DNA from: a virus
Strand: one strand, 5' to 3'
Length of the DNA: 64,000 nt
IMG/VR virus record: IMGVR_UViG_3300032287_003765
Span: 4,924 to 68,923 of that record
Shown: piece by piece, positions 19,889-28,940 of the stretch
Layout of the letters: each line of letters begins with the position of its first letter
Position numbering within the stretch: position 1 is the first letter of the stretch
Translations under genes and position numbers: made by a program
Notes under the pieces: model-generated
The model's input: only the letters and a program-made list of their open reading frames with translations
Databases searched by the model: none
Told to the model about the DNA's origin: nothing

Positions 19889-20989
19889 ATGAGTCAAGCA
19901 CAATACAACTTAAACACCCAGACTGATTATCTCAATCGCAAGATGTTTCTGGACCCAGCAGGCCCAGTGACTATTCAACGCTTTGAAGAAGTCAAGTATC
20001 CTAAAATTGTAAAATTTGAACAAGAGGCACGTGGATTTTTTTGGGTGCCCGAGGAAATCAGTTTGACCAAAGATGCCGCAGACTTCAAAGAATCCAGTGA
20101 TACGGTGCGCCATATCTTTACTTCAAATCTCCTGCGCCAGACTGCCTTGGACAGCCTACAAGGTCGTGGACCCACACAAGTTTTTACACCTGTGGTCAGT
20201 ATTCCTGAGCTAGAAGCTCTCATGCTTAACTGGGGATTCTTTGAAACCAACATCCACAGTCGTAGCTACAGTCATATCATACGCAACATCTACAACGTGC
20301 CCAAGGAAGAGTTCAACAAGATCCATGACACCGCAGAGATTGTGGACATGGCGTCGACTATTGGACTCTACTATGACCGCCTGCACATGATCAACTGCCG
20401 CAAGGAGCTTGAAGAAAAATTTGATGAATACGAACACATCAAGGCCATCTGGTTGGCACTCAATGCCAGCTACGGTCTTGAAGCCTTCCGCTTTATGGTA
20501 TCATTCGCCACCAGCCTGGCTATGGTGGAGAATCGCATGTTTATTGGCAATGGCAATATTATTCAGTTGATTCTACAAGATGAGATCCTGCATCGGGATT
20601 GGACAGCCTGGATTATCAACCAAGTGGTCAAAGAAGATCCAAGATTTGCCCGTGCCAAACAGGAATGCGAAGCCGAAGTGTATGCCATGTATGCAGATGT
20701 GATCCGTGAGGAAAAAGCCTGGGCAGATTACCTGTTCAAGAAAGGCCCGGTGATTGGCCTCAATGCCAACATTCTTCGTGACTTTGTTGATTATACTGCC
20801 GTCAACGCACTCAAAGACATTGGCATCAAATATCAAGCGTCTGCCCCTAGGACCACACCCATACCTTGGTTCATGAAGCATGTGAACACATCAAACAAAC
20901 AAACTGCCTTGCAGGAAAACGAATCAACCAACTATGTTATTGGAGTCATGTCAGATCAGCTTGACTACAATGCATTGCCTCAACTATAA
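19889..20989 (+). CDS. nrdB: ribonucleotide reductase class Ia beta subunit
   Basis: FWVPEEI, LDSLQGR, ETNIHSRSY (radical Tyr), LEAFRF, DEILH. Confidence 0.97.
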   Translation: MSQAQYNLNTQTDYLNRKMFLDPAGPVTIQRFEEVKYPKIVKFEQEARGFFWVPEEISLTKDAADFKESSDTVRHIFTSNLLRQTALDSLQGRGPTQVFTPVVSIPELEALMLNWGFFETNIHSRSYSHIIRNIYNVPKEEFNKIHDTAEIVDMASTIGLYYDRLHMINCRKELEEKFDEYEHIKAIWLALNASYGLEAFRFMVSFATSLAMVENRMFIGNGNIIQLILQDEILHRDWTAWIINQVVKEDPRFARAKQECEAEVYAMYADVIREEKAWADYLFKKGPVIGLNANILRDFVDYTAVNALKDIGIKYQASAPRTTPIPWFMKHVNTSNKQTALQENESTNYVIGVMSDQLDYNALPQL

Positions 20990-21010
20990 TCGCAACAAGG
21001 AGATAAAAAA

Positions 21011-21235
21011 ATGAAAGCAGTGATATGGTCAAAAGATACGTGTCCTTTTTGTGATCAAGCCAAAGCATTATTGACGCAACGAGGTATAGAATTTGAAGAG
21101 AAAAAAATTGGACACGGATACACTCGTGAACAGTTGTTGGAAGCAGTGCCGGATGCCCGCACGGTGCCGCAGATTTTTATAGATCAGCAGTTGATTGGCG
21201 GGTTTACAGAACTACGCAAACATTTTAAAGGATAG
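21011..21235 (+). CDS. glutaredoxin
   Basis: CPFC, TVPQIF, IGGF. Confidence 0.93.
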   Translation: MKAVIWSKDTCPFCDQAKALLTQRGIEFEEKKIGHGYTREQLLEAVPDARTVPQIFIDQQLIGGFTELRKHFKG

Positions 21236-21236
21236 C

Positions 21237-21539
21237 ATGAAACTAGAACTAGATCAGGTTTACACTCTCAAGATCGCCAATGGCGACGAAATAGTGGCAA
21301 AAATCACCGCAGAAGACGACACGTCCTACACCATCAGCAGGCCACTCACAGTAGTGCCTGGCAGAGAAGGCATACAGATGATTTTCGCCCTGTTCACGGC
21401 AAATCCTGACAAATCTGTAACGGTAAATAAAAATCAAGTCAGTCTGATAGCATCAAGTAGAGACGAAGTGCAAGACAGTTATGTAGAAGCTACCACTGGG
21501 ATCAAACCAGTTAGAAACAGCAAAATTTTGATGGGATAA
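21237..21539 (+). CDS. small beta-barrel (Sm-like) phage protein
   Basis: TLKIANGDEIVAK pattern; start at MKLELD. Confidence 0.6.
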   Translation: MKLELDQVYTLKIANGDEIVAKITAEDDTSYTISRPLTVVPGREGIQMIFALFTANPDKSVTVNKNQVSLIASSRDEVQDSYVEATTGIKPVRNSKILMG

Positions 21540-21542
21540 CAT

Positions 21543-21827
21543 GTGCCAGCGGTTCAACGTGTAGGAGATCAAAACAGCGCCGGAGGAGTTATCTTGAATG
21601 GTGATTCTTCGGTGTTGGTCAATGGACGAGCCATAGCCATACAAGGAGCCTCAGTAAGTGCCCATCCTTGTTGTGGTCGACGTGGTTGTCCGCCTACTCA
21701 CTGCAATGCCAAAACCCAGGCCACATCATCGATTTTGGTAAATGGTGTGCCCTTGATCTTGACCAATGATATTGACACATGCGGACATCCCCGTTCTGGC
21801 GGTAGCCCTGATGTTGTTATAGGATAA
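21543..21827 (+). CDS. PAAR-domain spike tip protein
   Basis: MPAVQRVGD...VLVNGRAIA..G....H...TCGH....GSPDV. Confidence 0.85.
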   Translation: MPAVQRVGDQNSAGGVILNGDSSVLVNGRAIAIQGASVSAHPCCGRRGCPPTHCNAKTQATSSILVNGVPLILTNDIDTCGHPRSGGSPDVVIG

Positions 21828-21829
21828 TC

Positions 21830-22786
21830 ATGGCCACTGGATCACTGACAGCACTACAACTCAATGCGGCAGCAGGATTACTACAAAATCAAGGCATATC
21901 CATTAATGCCAACTTATTGGCCAGCATATCAGATTATGAAAACACAGCATTAATATCTCCATTTCTTGATACCATTGATGCAGGTAGCACAGGCAATATA
22001 CTTTCGGCCAACACTATAAGCAGTTTGGATACTTTGGCCGCCAATACCTGTTCCGCACTGAGCAACAGTCTACCGCCGACATACAGCGGCCTTGGAGTTC
22101 AAATGACTGATGTGGTTTTGGCCCAAGCACAGGTTGATATTTGCAGCAACAATGTCAGCAAACTGACTCAGGCCGTGAATCAAGCACAAGGATACACAGG
22201 CCAGACCAGCACCTTTATCAACAGCGCAGTAAATTCTCAAACCTATCTTGGTAACACTTTTACCAACATGAACAACATGATCACAGGTGGTGTTTCATCA
22301 ATATCATCCGACATTGGTGCTTTTGGTTATGATCTTGTCAGATTAGGCCGTTTGATCAACTTAAAGGATCTGGGAAATTTTGGCAGTCCATTGTCCTTGG
22401 TCCAGCAATTGTATGCTGTCACCGGAACCATTCCTACACTCAGTGTGGCATTTGTTGTAGCAGGAATCTCTCAAGAAATTGTTCTTAATTTGACTAACCC
22501 TACAGTTACAGTTATAGATAGCACACAAAGACTCATGTATCGGGCCATGACAACGATCACTGGTGATACTTTGAGTCAGATCTTGTCAGTTCTGAATGTG
22601 ACCACTATGGGCATTGAGACCATGGCTGATTTGTTAAATCCTTTGAAACTGTTTCCCAATAGTTTTCAGACTCTCACAGCACCCACCGCCAATGGACCTG
22701 CGCTGATTTATACGAACTCCACTGGTTCAGTCAACACTGATTTGATCAATCAGTTACCACCATACGTGATCAGCAACCTGGTATGA
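21830..22786 (+). CDS. virion structural protein (318 aa)
   Basis: Thr/Asn/Ser-rich, follows PAAR. Confidence 0.6.
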   Translation: MATGSLTALQLNAAAGLLQNQGISINANLLASISDYENTALISPFLDTIDAGSTGNILSANTISSLDTLAANTCSALSNSLPPTYSGLGVQMTDVVLAQAQVDICSNNVSKLTQAVNQAQGYTGQTSTFINSAVNSQTYLGNTFTNMNNMITGGVSSISSDIGAFGYDLVRLGRLINLKDLGNFGSPLSLVQQLYAVTGTIPTLSVAFVVAGISQEIVLNLTNPTVTVIDSTQRLMYRAMTTITGDTLSQILSVLNVTTMGIETMADLLNPLKLFPNSFQTLTAPTANGPALIYTNSTGSVNTDLINQLPPYVISNLV

Positions 22787-23715
22787 TAGCCTACGATAGA
22801 CTCAGTCAGATAGTGCCTGCAGATCAGGCTTTGGCGGCCAAAGCCCTAGCCACGAGCCTGCAACAAATCAGCGGCATTACAAACATGACTTTACCGGTGT
22901 TGGTCAATGCAGTAAGTCGTTTACAAACCACGGCCAATCTCAATCAAATTTCAAGTTTGACACAAGCAGTGCCAAGTTCAGTGGCCAATTATCTGTCAAA
23001 CATAGCCGGAACAGACGGACAACAAATAGTGATTTGTGATGTGTTGGGCATAGCGGCTGGATATCAAGTGGCGGAATATTTTGCCAATACTGTCGCGACC
23101 TTGGCCAATACCAATGTGACATATTTGACCTCAGTGTATCAAACCATGGACAGCGTGGTAGGTAACGTTTACGGTGATCCGGTAGCGGGGCCGGTGACCA
23201 TACCTGGTGGTCAACCAGCGGCCGGTGTATACACAGCCACAACTGACGGTATGGGTAATGTGTTGGTAAATGCAGCCGAAGCAGCCTTCACTGGTTCCGG
23301 CGGCGACACACCGCCCACTGGTGCGGGGTTGATTCCAGTGGCAGTAATTGAAATAGCCAATATTGCCTCCAACAACAGTTCACAAGTGTCCATTATGAAT
23401 TCCAATTTCAGTTCCATGGCCTCTCAGGTGCAAAAAGAACAACAACTGCAAGCAGCCATACAGATTGATTTTGCAAATCTTGTGGCTAACAATGGACCCA
23501 CAGTTTATAGTTTGATTTACAATTTGCCCTCTTATGGTCAACAAACAGAACCAGGTGGCATGTCTGAGTTTTGGACCGGCGTGGCCAATATAGATACTTT
23601 CACTGGGCAGGCTGTTGTTGCCACATTGAGAGAAGGCGTTAATCAGGCCGCACTCACGCAGGCCGGAATACAAACCAATGCAGTGGTTCCGGCAACGCCC
23701 AACACATCAAATTAA
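22783..23715 (+). CDS. virion structural protein (310 aa)
   Basis: Coupled to the previous gene; similar composition. Confidence 0.6.
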   Translation: MIAYDRLSQIVPADQALAAKALATSLQQISGITNMTLPVLVNAVSRLQTTANLNQISSLTQAVPSSVANYLSNIAGTDGQQIVICDVLGIAAGYQVAEYFANTVATLANTNVTYLTSVYQTMDSVVGNVYGDPVAGPVTIPGGQPAAGVYTATTDGMGNVLVNAAEAAFTGSGGDTPPTGAGLIPVAVIEIANIASNNSSQVSIMNSNFSSMASQVQKEQQLQAAIQIDFANLVANNGPTVYSLIYNLPSYGQQTEPGGMSEFWTGVANIDTFTGQAVVATLREGVNQAALTQAGIQTNAVVPATPNTSN

Positions 23716-23806
23716 CCAAAAAAATCAACCCGTAGAACTACTAAGGCGTTAAATAAGTAGATGGTCGGATTCTCCGATCATTTATTAACTTTCGAAAGGA
23801 AATACC

Positions 23807-23947
23807 ATGAAAGCATTACTCGCAATCGTAGCATCCGCATTTGCATTATCAGTAGCCGCTCAAACGGCTCCAGCAAAGAAAGAAGAGCCAAAGAAAGAAG
23901 CCGCTAAACCAGCTGCTCCTGCTGCTAAGCCAGCTGAAAAGAAGTAA
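23807..23947 (+). CDS. 46-aa exported Lys/Ala/Pro-rich peptide (not in ORF track)
   Basis: MKALLAIVASAFALSVAA-QTAPAKKEEPKKEAAKPAAPAAKPAEKK; own TAAATA (23750), SD AAAGGA and terminator. Confidence 0.8.
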   Translation: MKALLAIVASAFALSVAAQTAPAKKEEPKKEAAKPAAPAAKPAEKK

Positions 23948-23965
23948 TCTTTACACTTTTCAATC

Positions 23966-23996
23966 CAAACCCTGCCTAAGGCAGGGTTTGTTTTTT
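23966..23996 (+). terminator. intrinsic terminator
   Basis: CAAACCCTGCC-TAA-GGCAGGGTTTG-TTTTTT. Confidence 0.9.
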
Positions 23997-24013
23997 CGTA
24001 ACACAACTGTAAC
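23996..24013 (+). promoter_or_regulatory. putative Pho box upstream of the plcP-like gene
   Basis: TCGTAAC-ACAA-CTGTAAC: two half-sites at 11-bp period, compared with consensus CTGTCAT-N4-CTGTMAY. Confidence 0.6.
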
Positions 24014-24034
24014 ACACGGGCCTGTAAATAATGT

Positions 24035-24859
24035 ATGACAGGCCGCACTTACAGATCAATATTCATTTCAGATGTGCACCTTGGTACCAAGGACTGCAAG
24101 GCTGAGCAACTCAACAACTTTCTCAAACACCACACCTGCGAAACACTTTATCTTGTGGGTGACATCATCGATGCCTGGAAGATACAACAGAACAAATGGC
24201 GTTGGAAACAGAGCCATACCAATGTGATCCGTAGAGTGTTGGGTCATGCCAAGCGTGGCACACGTGTTATCTATGTTGCTGGCAATCATGACGAATTTCT
24301 CAGACCACTCATACCCTATGGCATAGGATTTGGCATGGTGGAAGTGGTCAATCAAGCCGAACACATAGGTCTGGACGGACGCCACTATCTGGTCACACAC
24401 GGCGACCTGTTTGATGGCATCACAAGGATCACACCTTGGCTGAGTTTCTTGGGTGATAGGCTGTATGATTTTGTGCTGAACTTGAACAGCAGATTCAACT
24501 GGCTACGTCATAGGCTGGGATTTGGCTACTGGAGTTTGAGCAAATTTTTAAAGTATCGTGTGAAAAAAGCCGTGGACTTTGTGTTTCAGTTTGAACGCAA
24601 CTTGGCCGCATACTGCAAGAAGCGTGGATTTGATGGAGTGATCTGCGGACACATACATCATGCAGAAATCCGCGACATAGATGGTGTTGCCTACATGAAC
24701 GATGGCGACTGGGTAGAGTCAATGACTGCCCTGGTTGAACATCATGATGGAAGGTGGGAAATAGTTACATGGACCAAGGAGACAGATGATGTGGTTGCTG
24801 ATGTTGATAGCAGTTCACGTGAACAATCCCCAAGACGTGCCCGGAAGAGCAAGCATTGA
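24035..24859 (+). CDS. plcP: PlcP-like metallophosphoesterase (phospholipase C; LpxH-like family)
   Basis: FISDVHLG, LVGDIIDAW, GNHDE, HGDLFD, YWSLS, CGHIH, NDGDWVES; next to a GT4 gene, Pho boxes and pstS. Confidence 0.75.
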   Translation: MTGRTYRSIFISDVHLGTKDCKAEQLNNFLKHHTCETLYLVGDIIDAWKIQQNKWRWKQSHTNVIRRVLGHAKRGTRVIYVAGNHDEFLRPLIPYGIGFGMVEVVNQAEHIGLDGRHYLVTHGDLFDGITRITPWLSFLGDRLYDFVLNLNSRFNWLRHRLGFGYWSLSKFLKYRVKKAVDFVFQFERNLAAYCKKRGFDGVICGHIHHAEIRDIDGVAYMNDGDWVESMTALVEHHDGRWEIVTWTKETDDVVADVDSSSREQSPRRARKSKH

Positions 24860-24962
24860 GTTCGCCACCGAAGCAGAATGCGTGCGAGCACAGGCCACAG
24901 TGGCCTATTGGCTCAAGTTTGACAGTTTCAAGGTAGTCACACAATGTCAAAAACGATCCTGA
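24786..24962 (+). CDS. 58-aa putative exported protein (not in ORF track)
   Basis: SD AAGGAGA; MMWLLMLIAVH...EC...C; overlaps the plcP end and the GT start. Confidence 0.6.
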   Translation: MMWLLMLIAVHVNNPQDVPGRASIEFATEAECVRAQATVAYWLKFDSFKVVTQCQKRS

Positions 24963-25951
24963 TCATAACTGACAATGTGCCCGGTCAAATCAACGGTGTG
25001 GTCACAACTTTCCGGAACCTGGAAGATTGCGCTGACCGTGACGGTTATCGTGTTGTTTATGTTGATCCCTCTCAGTTCCCTAATGTTGCTTGCCCTGGTT
25101 ATGCTGAAGTTCGCTTGTCGTGGCCGCACGGTATCAGTAAAAAAATTAAGGCGCTACGTCCAGACTTTATACACATCGCTACGGAAGGTCCGGTAGGTTT
25201 TTTCGCCCGCTGGTGGTGCGAACGTAACCATATTCCTTACAATACAAGTTACCACACGGACTTTGCCAAGTTTTTGAAACGCATGTATCATGTTCCGGAG
25301 TCTTGGACCTGGTGGTATCTGCGTTGGTTTCATAAAAATAGTCAACGTGTGTTGGTCACAACTGCCAGCATCGAACACGAGTTGACCGATCGTGGTTTTT
25401 CGAATCTTTGTGTCTGGACTCGCGGTGTGGACCGCACCTATTTCTCCAGCAGTCTGCGAACTGGTTCCAATGTTAGACCCGTGCTGCTCAGCGTGGGACG
25501 TGTGTCAAAAGAAAAAGGTCTGGATGATTTCTGTCGGCTGGACATGCCATGGTGTGAAAAAATCGTAGTAGGCGATGGTCCTTATCGAGCCGAACTAGAA
25601 CGCAGATACCCCACGGTGAAATTTGTGGGCGCACAACGTGGTCTGGAACTGGCCAGTTACTATGCACAGGCTGATGTGTTTGTGTTCACCAGTCGAGCTG
25701 ATACCTTTGGTGTGGTCAACATCGAAGCCCTGGCCTGCGGCACTCCGGTGGCAGCATATCCTGTGCCTGGGCCCATAGACATAGTAGAATCTGGTGTAAC
25801 AGGATATCTAGACTGGAATTTGTCCCATGCTGTGGAACGCTGTTTCACTCTGGATCGCGATCAAGTAGAACTGGCCAGCCTGCGTTGGACCTGGGACAAA
25901 TGCTGGCGCATATTCCGTGACAATCTAGTAGAAGCAAATCGGGCACAATGA
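24944..25951 (+). CDS. GT4 glycosyltransferase, Agt-like glycolipid synthase
   Basis: IITDNVPGQINGVV, CPGYAEVRL, HIATEGPVG, SYHT, RGVD, VGRVSKEK, DTFGVVNIEALACGTPVAAYPVPGP. Confidence 0.8.
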   Translation: MSKTILIITDNVPGQINGVVTTFRNLEDCADRDGYRVVYVDPSQFPNVACPGYAEVRLSWPHGISKKIKALRPDFIHIATEGPVGFFARWWCERNHIPYNTSYHTDFAKFLKRMYHVPESWTWWYLRWFHKNSQRVLVTTASIEHELTDRGFSNLCVWTRGVDRTYFSSSLRTGSNVRPVLLSVGRVSKEKGLDDFCRLDMPWCEKIVVGDGPYRAELERRYPTVKFVGAQRGLELASYYAQADVFVFTSRADTFGVVNIEALACGTPVAAYPVPGPIDIVESGVTGYLDWNLSHAVERCFTLDRDQVELASLRWTWDKCWRIFRDNLVEANRAQ

Positions 25952-25979
25952 TCAGGTGTCGCCGGAGCCGTAACCGGAC

Positions 25980-26008
25980 ATGTCATAAAACTGTAACAAA
26001 ATTGTAAT
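25980..26008 (+). promoter_or_regulatory. Pho box (three half-sites) upstream of pstS
   Basis: ATGTCAT-AAAA-CTGTAAC-AAAA-TTGTAAT at 11-bp period; TAAGTA follows. Confidence 0.85.
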
Positions 26009-26052
26009 TAAGTAAAAGTGTGCCTTCGCACAACAACTATCAAGGAGATCCA

Positions 26053-27060
26053 ATGAAAAAGTTTTTAGCCGCTGTATTGACTGTATTAGCGACTACAGTG
26101 TCTGCCACCGAAATCACAGGAGCAGGTGCCACATTCCCATTTCCCATCTACTCGCAATGGTCAGTGGATTATCAAAAAATCACCGGTGTCAAGCTCAACT
26201 ATCAGAGCATTGGTAGCTCGGGTGGTATCAAGCAGATCCGTGCCGGCACAGTTCACTTTGGTGCCACCGACGCACCCATGAATGTAGCAGATCTAGCCCA
26301 GGCCGGCTTGATCCAGTTTCCTACCGTCCTAGGCGGTGTGGTTCCTATCATAAACCTTGATGGTTTTAAACCTGGTGAACTACAGATCACAGGCGCAGTC
26401 TTGGCAGATATCTATCTTGGAACTATATCTAAATGGAACGATGCTCGAATTGCAGCCTTGAATCCTGGCAAGACCTTGCCTGATCAGGCCATTACCGTGG
26501 TGCATCGTGCTGATGGAAGTGGAACAACATTCATCTTTACCGACTACTTGAACGAAGTGTCAAAGACCTGGGCTGAACGCATGGGCAAAGGTGCCGCTGT
26601 AAAATGGATTCCAGCCACAGCCGTGGGCGGCAAAGGCAACGAAGGTGTGGCCGCTGTGGTCAACCGTGTCAAAGGTTCCATAGGTTATGTGGAATATGCC
26701 TATGCCAAGAAAAACAACATTCCTCACGTGAAGATGCAGAATCGTGATGGACGATATGTGCAACCAGATGACACGACTTTTGCCGCGGCTGCCCGGGATG
26801 CTGAATGGTTCAAGACTCCAGGCATGGGCATCAGCCTGGTGAATCAACGGGGTGCTGATGCTTGGCCCATCACAGGTGCCACGTTTGTGTTGGTATATCG
26901 TGAACCCAAGGACGTCAAAGCCACACAAGAAGTTCTCAAGTTCTTTGCTTATGCCTGGGACAAGGGTGGCAAGAGTGCTCTTGATCTAGACTATGTTCCC
27001 CTGCCCAAGGCAGTCACAGATCGTATCCGTAGCGAGCAGTGGGCTTTGATCAAAAAATAA
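26053..27060 (+). CDS. pstS: phosphate ABC transporter substrate-binding protein PstS
   Basis: Signal peptide; GAGATFP, NYQSIGSSGG, FGATD, HRADGSGTT, GKGNEGV, WPITG. Confidence 0.96.
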   Translation: MKKFLAAVLTVLATTVSATEITGAGATFPFPIYSQWSVDYQKITGVKLNYQSIGSSGGIKQIRAGTVHFGATDAPMNVADLAQAGLIQFPTVLGGVVPIINLDGFKPGELQITGAVLADIYLGTISKWNDARIAALNPGKTLPDQAITVVHRADGSGTTFIFTDYLNEVSKTWAERMGKGAAVKWIPATAVGGKGNEGVAAVVNRVKGSIGYVEYAYAKKNNIPHVKMQNRDGRYVQPDDTTFAAAARDAEWFKTPGMGISLVNQRGADAWPITGATFVLVYREPKDVKATQEVLKFFAYAWDKGGKSALDLDYVPLPKAVTDRIRSEQWALIKK

Positions 27061-27087
27061 TGGTGCCAATCTGGGTTAAATACCCAG

Positions 27088-27228
27088 ATGCGACCAGTAG
27101 CAATCTTACAACATCAACTACCAGAAAATGCCGCTTATCTGACCACATGGTTGGAGCGGCATCGTGTTGACTATGTCATATTCAACGCCGGCGCCAACCA
27201 GGGTAGGTTAGTGAACACTAACCAATAA
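27088..27228 (+). pseudogene. truncated N-terminus of a class I glutamine-amidotransferase-like gene
   Basis: MRPVAILQHQLPENAAYLTTWLERHRV resembles type-1 GATase N-termini; stops after 46 aa at a palindrome. Confidence 0.45.
27206..27223. repeat. palindrome GGTTAGTG-AA-CACTAACC
   Basis: Perfect 8-bp inverted repeat; related copy at 57266-57281. Confidence 0.7.
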
Positions 27229-27249
27229 ATCCTAAGTCCGGGACAATGG

Positions 27250-27278
27250 TTGACCATTAATGATATTTCGGTTATAAT
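27250..27278 (+). promoter_or_regulatory. early sigma70-type promoter TTGACC-N17-TATAAT
   Basis: Direct; 25-nt block identical to the promoter at 58724. Confidence 0.85.
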
Positions 27279-27307
27279 GTATGTATAGTTAAAAATTAGG
27301 AGCAACA

Positions 27308-27574
27308 ATGTATATAGGAATGTTAGAACCCACAGAACAAGAAAAGATCGTCCAGGCCCTGCGTGGCGAACAGTTTGATCGCAAACTCCATGGTGGTTTA
27401 TTTGATCGTGGCAGTGCAGATTCATACTATGGCCGTCCCTGTGATCCACACTACTGGCCCGAAGGCACAGGGCATGGTAACAAGGTCACAGAACTCAATG
27501 CCGCTGAAATTGAGGAGTATTTGGCCGGTTACGATTGGAACGAGAAGTATGGCAACAAAAAGTCGTGGGATTGA
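27308..27574 (+). CDS. hypothetical early protein (88 aa; DRGSADSYYGR)
   Basis: SD AGGAG; promoter upstream. Confidence 0.8.
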   Translation: MYIGMLEPTEQEKIVQALRGEQFDRKLHGGLFDRGSADSYYGRPCDPHYWPEGTGHGNKVTELNAAEIEEYLAGYDWNEKYGNKKSWD

Positions 27575-27599
27575 CCAGAAAAGGCCCATTTGTTATAAT
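27571..27599 (+). promoter_or_regulatory. early promoter TTGACC-N17-TATAAT
   Basis: Direct; extended -10 TG. Confidence 0.8.
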
Positions 27600-27628
27600 A
27601 GTATTATACACACTAAAGGAGCGATACA

Positions 27629-27964
27629 ATGGCACACAGCGATTTTGCAGACTTATCAGTGGATGAATTGCAGAGCTACTACAGCGATTTCCACAAGGAT
27701 TTCCACGGGTGGCGCCCACGTGGTGCCACACCAGAGCAGTGGCGTGATCGTGGTTTTTTGGTAGCACAGATCAATGGTATCCATGCCGCCTTGGATGCCA
27801 TGAAGAATACCGAATCGGGTCGTGCAGAATTGCGTGAGGCCGGATGGGTCGTTGAAGATGAACCCGAAGTCGTCGATCCACGGGAATATGCTGAATGGTG
27901 TGCCGACGCTGATGCAGAGTTTCTTGGCCGGATGCACAGTCGCTATGCTGGGGAGGTCGTGTAA
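27629..27964 (+). CDS. hypothetical early protein (111 aa)
   Basis: SD AAGGAG. Confidence 0.8.
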   Translation: MAHSDFADLSVDELQSYYSDFHKDFHGWRPRGATPEQWRDRGFLVAQINGIHAALDAMKNTESGRAELREAGWVVEDEPEVVDPREYAEWCADADAEFLGRMHSRYAGEVV

Positions 27965-28116
27965 TGGGATTCTTCAAAGACATAGAAATCGAAATCATGG
28001 AGTGGCAGGCACTTGGCCGCACCCAGGCGGAAACTTACATCTACTTCAAAGATTATGTAACCCAGGAAGATGTGGCTCGTATCTTTGCCCAAGACTATGA
28101 TCTGGATCCTACATGA
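27964..28116 (+). CDS. 50-aa hypothetical protein (not in ORF track)
   Basis: TAATG and ATGA coupling at both ends; SD GGAGG; MGFFKDIEIE... Confidence 0.65.
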   Translation: MGFFKDIEIEIMEWQALGRTQAETYIYFKDYVTQEDVARIFAQDYDLDPT

Positions 28117-28334
28117 TGTACCAAGACGATTTTAAAGATCCTCCCAGCGACAATCGCAAACAACAAATATTGTATAACATCAAGCAAACCTTGACCCGTG
28201 ATCAGATCATGACCTTTGTGGGTGGCTTGCATGAAACACAGATGGAATTGATTGAAGCCGTGGTAAGTAGTCGTGAACGCCAGGGATTTCCAGAAGCCAC
28301 AGCCGCAATCAAGCGGATCATGGAGATGGAGTAA
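28113..28334 (+). CDS. hypothetical protein (73 aa)
   Basis: Coupled ORF. Confidence 0.65.
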   Translation: MMYQDDFKDPPSDNRKQQILYNIKQTLTRDQIMTFVGGLHETQMELIEAVVSSRERQGFPEATAAIKRIMEME

Positions 28335-28762
28335 TGGGTCTTGACATGTATGCCTACACTGCCAGTCGTCCAGGACAAAGTTCTGAATGGTGGGCTGATG
28401 CCGAGTTGGATCAGGATCTCAATGAATTTGTAAACCCTCGTTTGAGCCGTCCTGTGGAAATAGCCTACTGGCGCAAGCATCCGCATCTGCATGGTTGGAT
28501 GGAACAGTTGTGGCAGAGCCGACAGAAACCAGGTCTGCAACATCCGGAACAGGTATTCAACGGCATAGAACTAGAACTGTTTCGTGAGGACATTGATCGC
28601 TTGGAACAGGACATCCTGGTAGGAATACTGCCTGAGACTCGCGGATTCTTTTTTGGTGATGATGCCAGCGAGTATTATAGATCGCAGGATTTGGAATTTG
28701 CCAAAAACGCTAGGGCAGAACTATTTTTAGGTCTGCGTGTATTTTATAACAGTTCATGGTGA
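28334..28762 (+). CDS. conserved-type phage protein (MGLDMY...YWRKH...YNSSW)
   Basis: Pattern I recognise from phage early proteins. Confidence 0.75.
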   Translation: MGLDMYAYTASRPGQSSEWWADAELDQDLNEFVNPRLSRPVEIAYWRKHPHLHGWMEQLWQSRQKPGLQHPEQVFNGIELELFREDIDRLEQDILVGILPETRGFFFGDDASEYYRSQDLEFAKNARAELFLGLRVFYNSSW

Positions 28763-28766
28763 AACA

Positions 28767-28940
28767 ATGAAACGACCCGATAGCCCTTTCCAGATTTGGT
28801 TACAAGGTATCTACATGGATCACAAGGATGAAGCCAATGCTTATGGTTTCCCTACCTGCGATGCGGCAACTTATTTCCGCATGTATAAGTATTGGCTCAA
28901 AAGAGAATACCGCCATCAACAAGTCAAACAACAGTCATGA
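28767..28940 (+). CDS. hypothetical protein (57 aa)
   Basis: Start at MKRPDS. Confidence 0.6.
   Translation: MKRPDSPFQIWLQGIYMDHKDEANAYGFPTCDAATYFRMYKYWLKREYRHQQVKQQS

Noticed and set aside
16962-20989. Intron or intein in nrdA/nrdB (also helicase, ligase)
   Set aside because: All are continuous ORFs of normal length without intein termini; the gene between nrdA and nrdB is GT25-like, not a homing endonuclease.
24035-24859. Annotation as LpxH (lipid A biosynthesis)
   Set aside because: Same family, but GNHD (LpxH has GNRD), the YWSLS/GDWVES motifs and the Pho box/GT4/pstS context favour PlcP; not formally excluded without a phylogeny.
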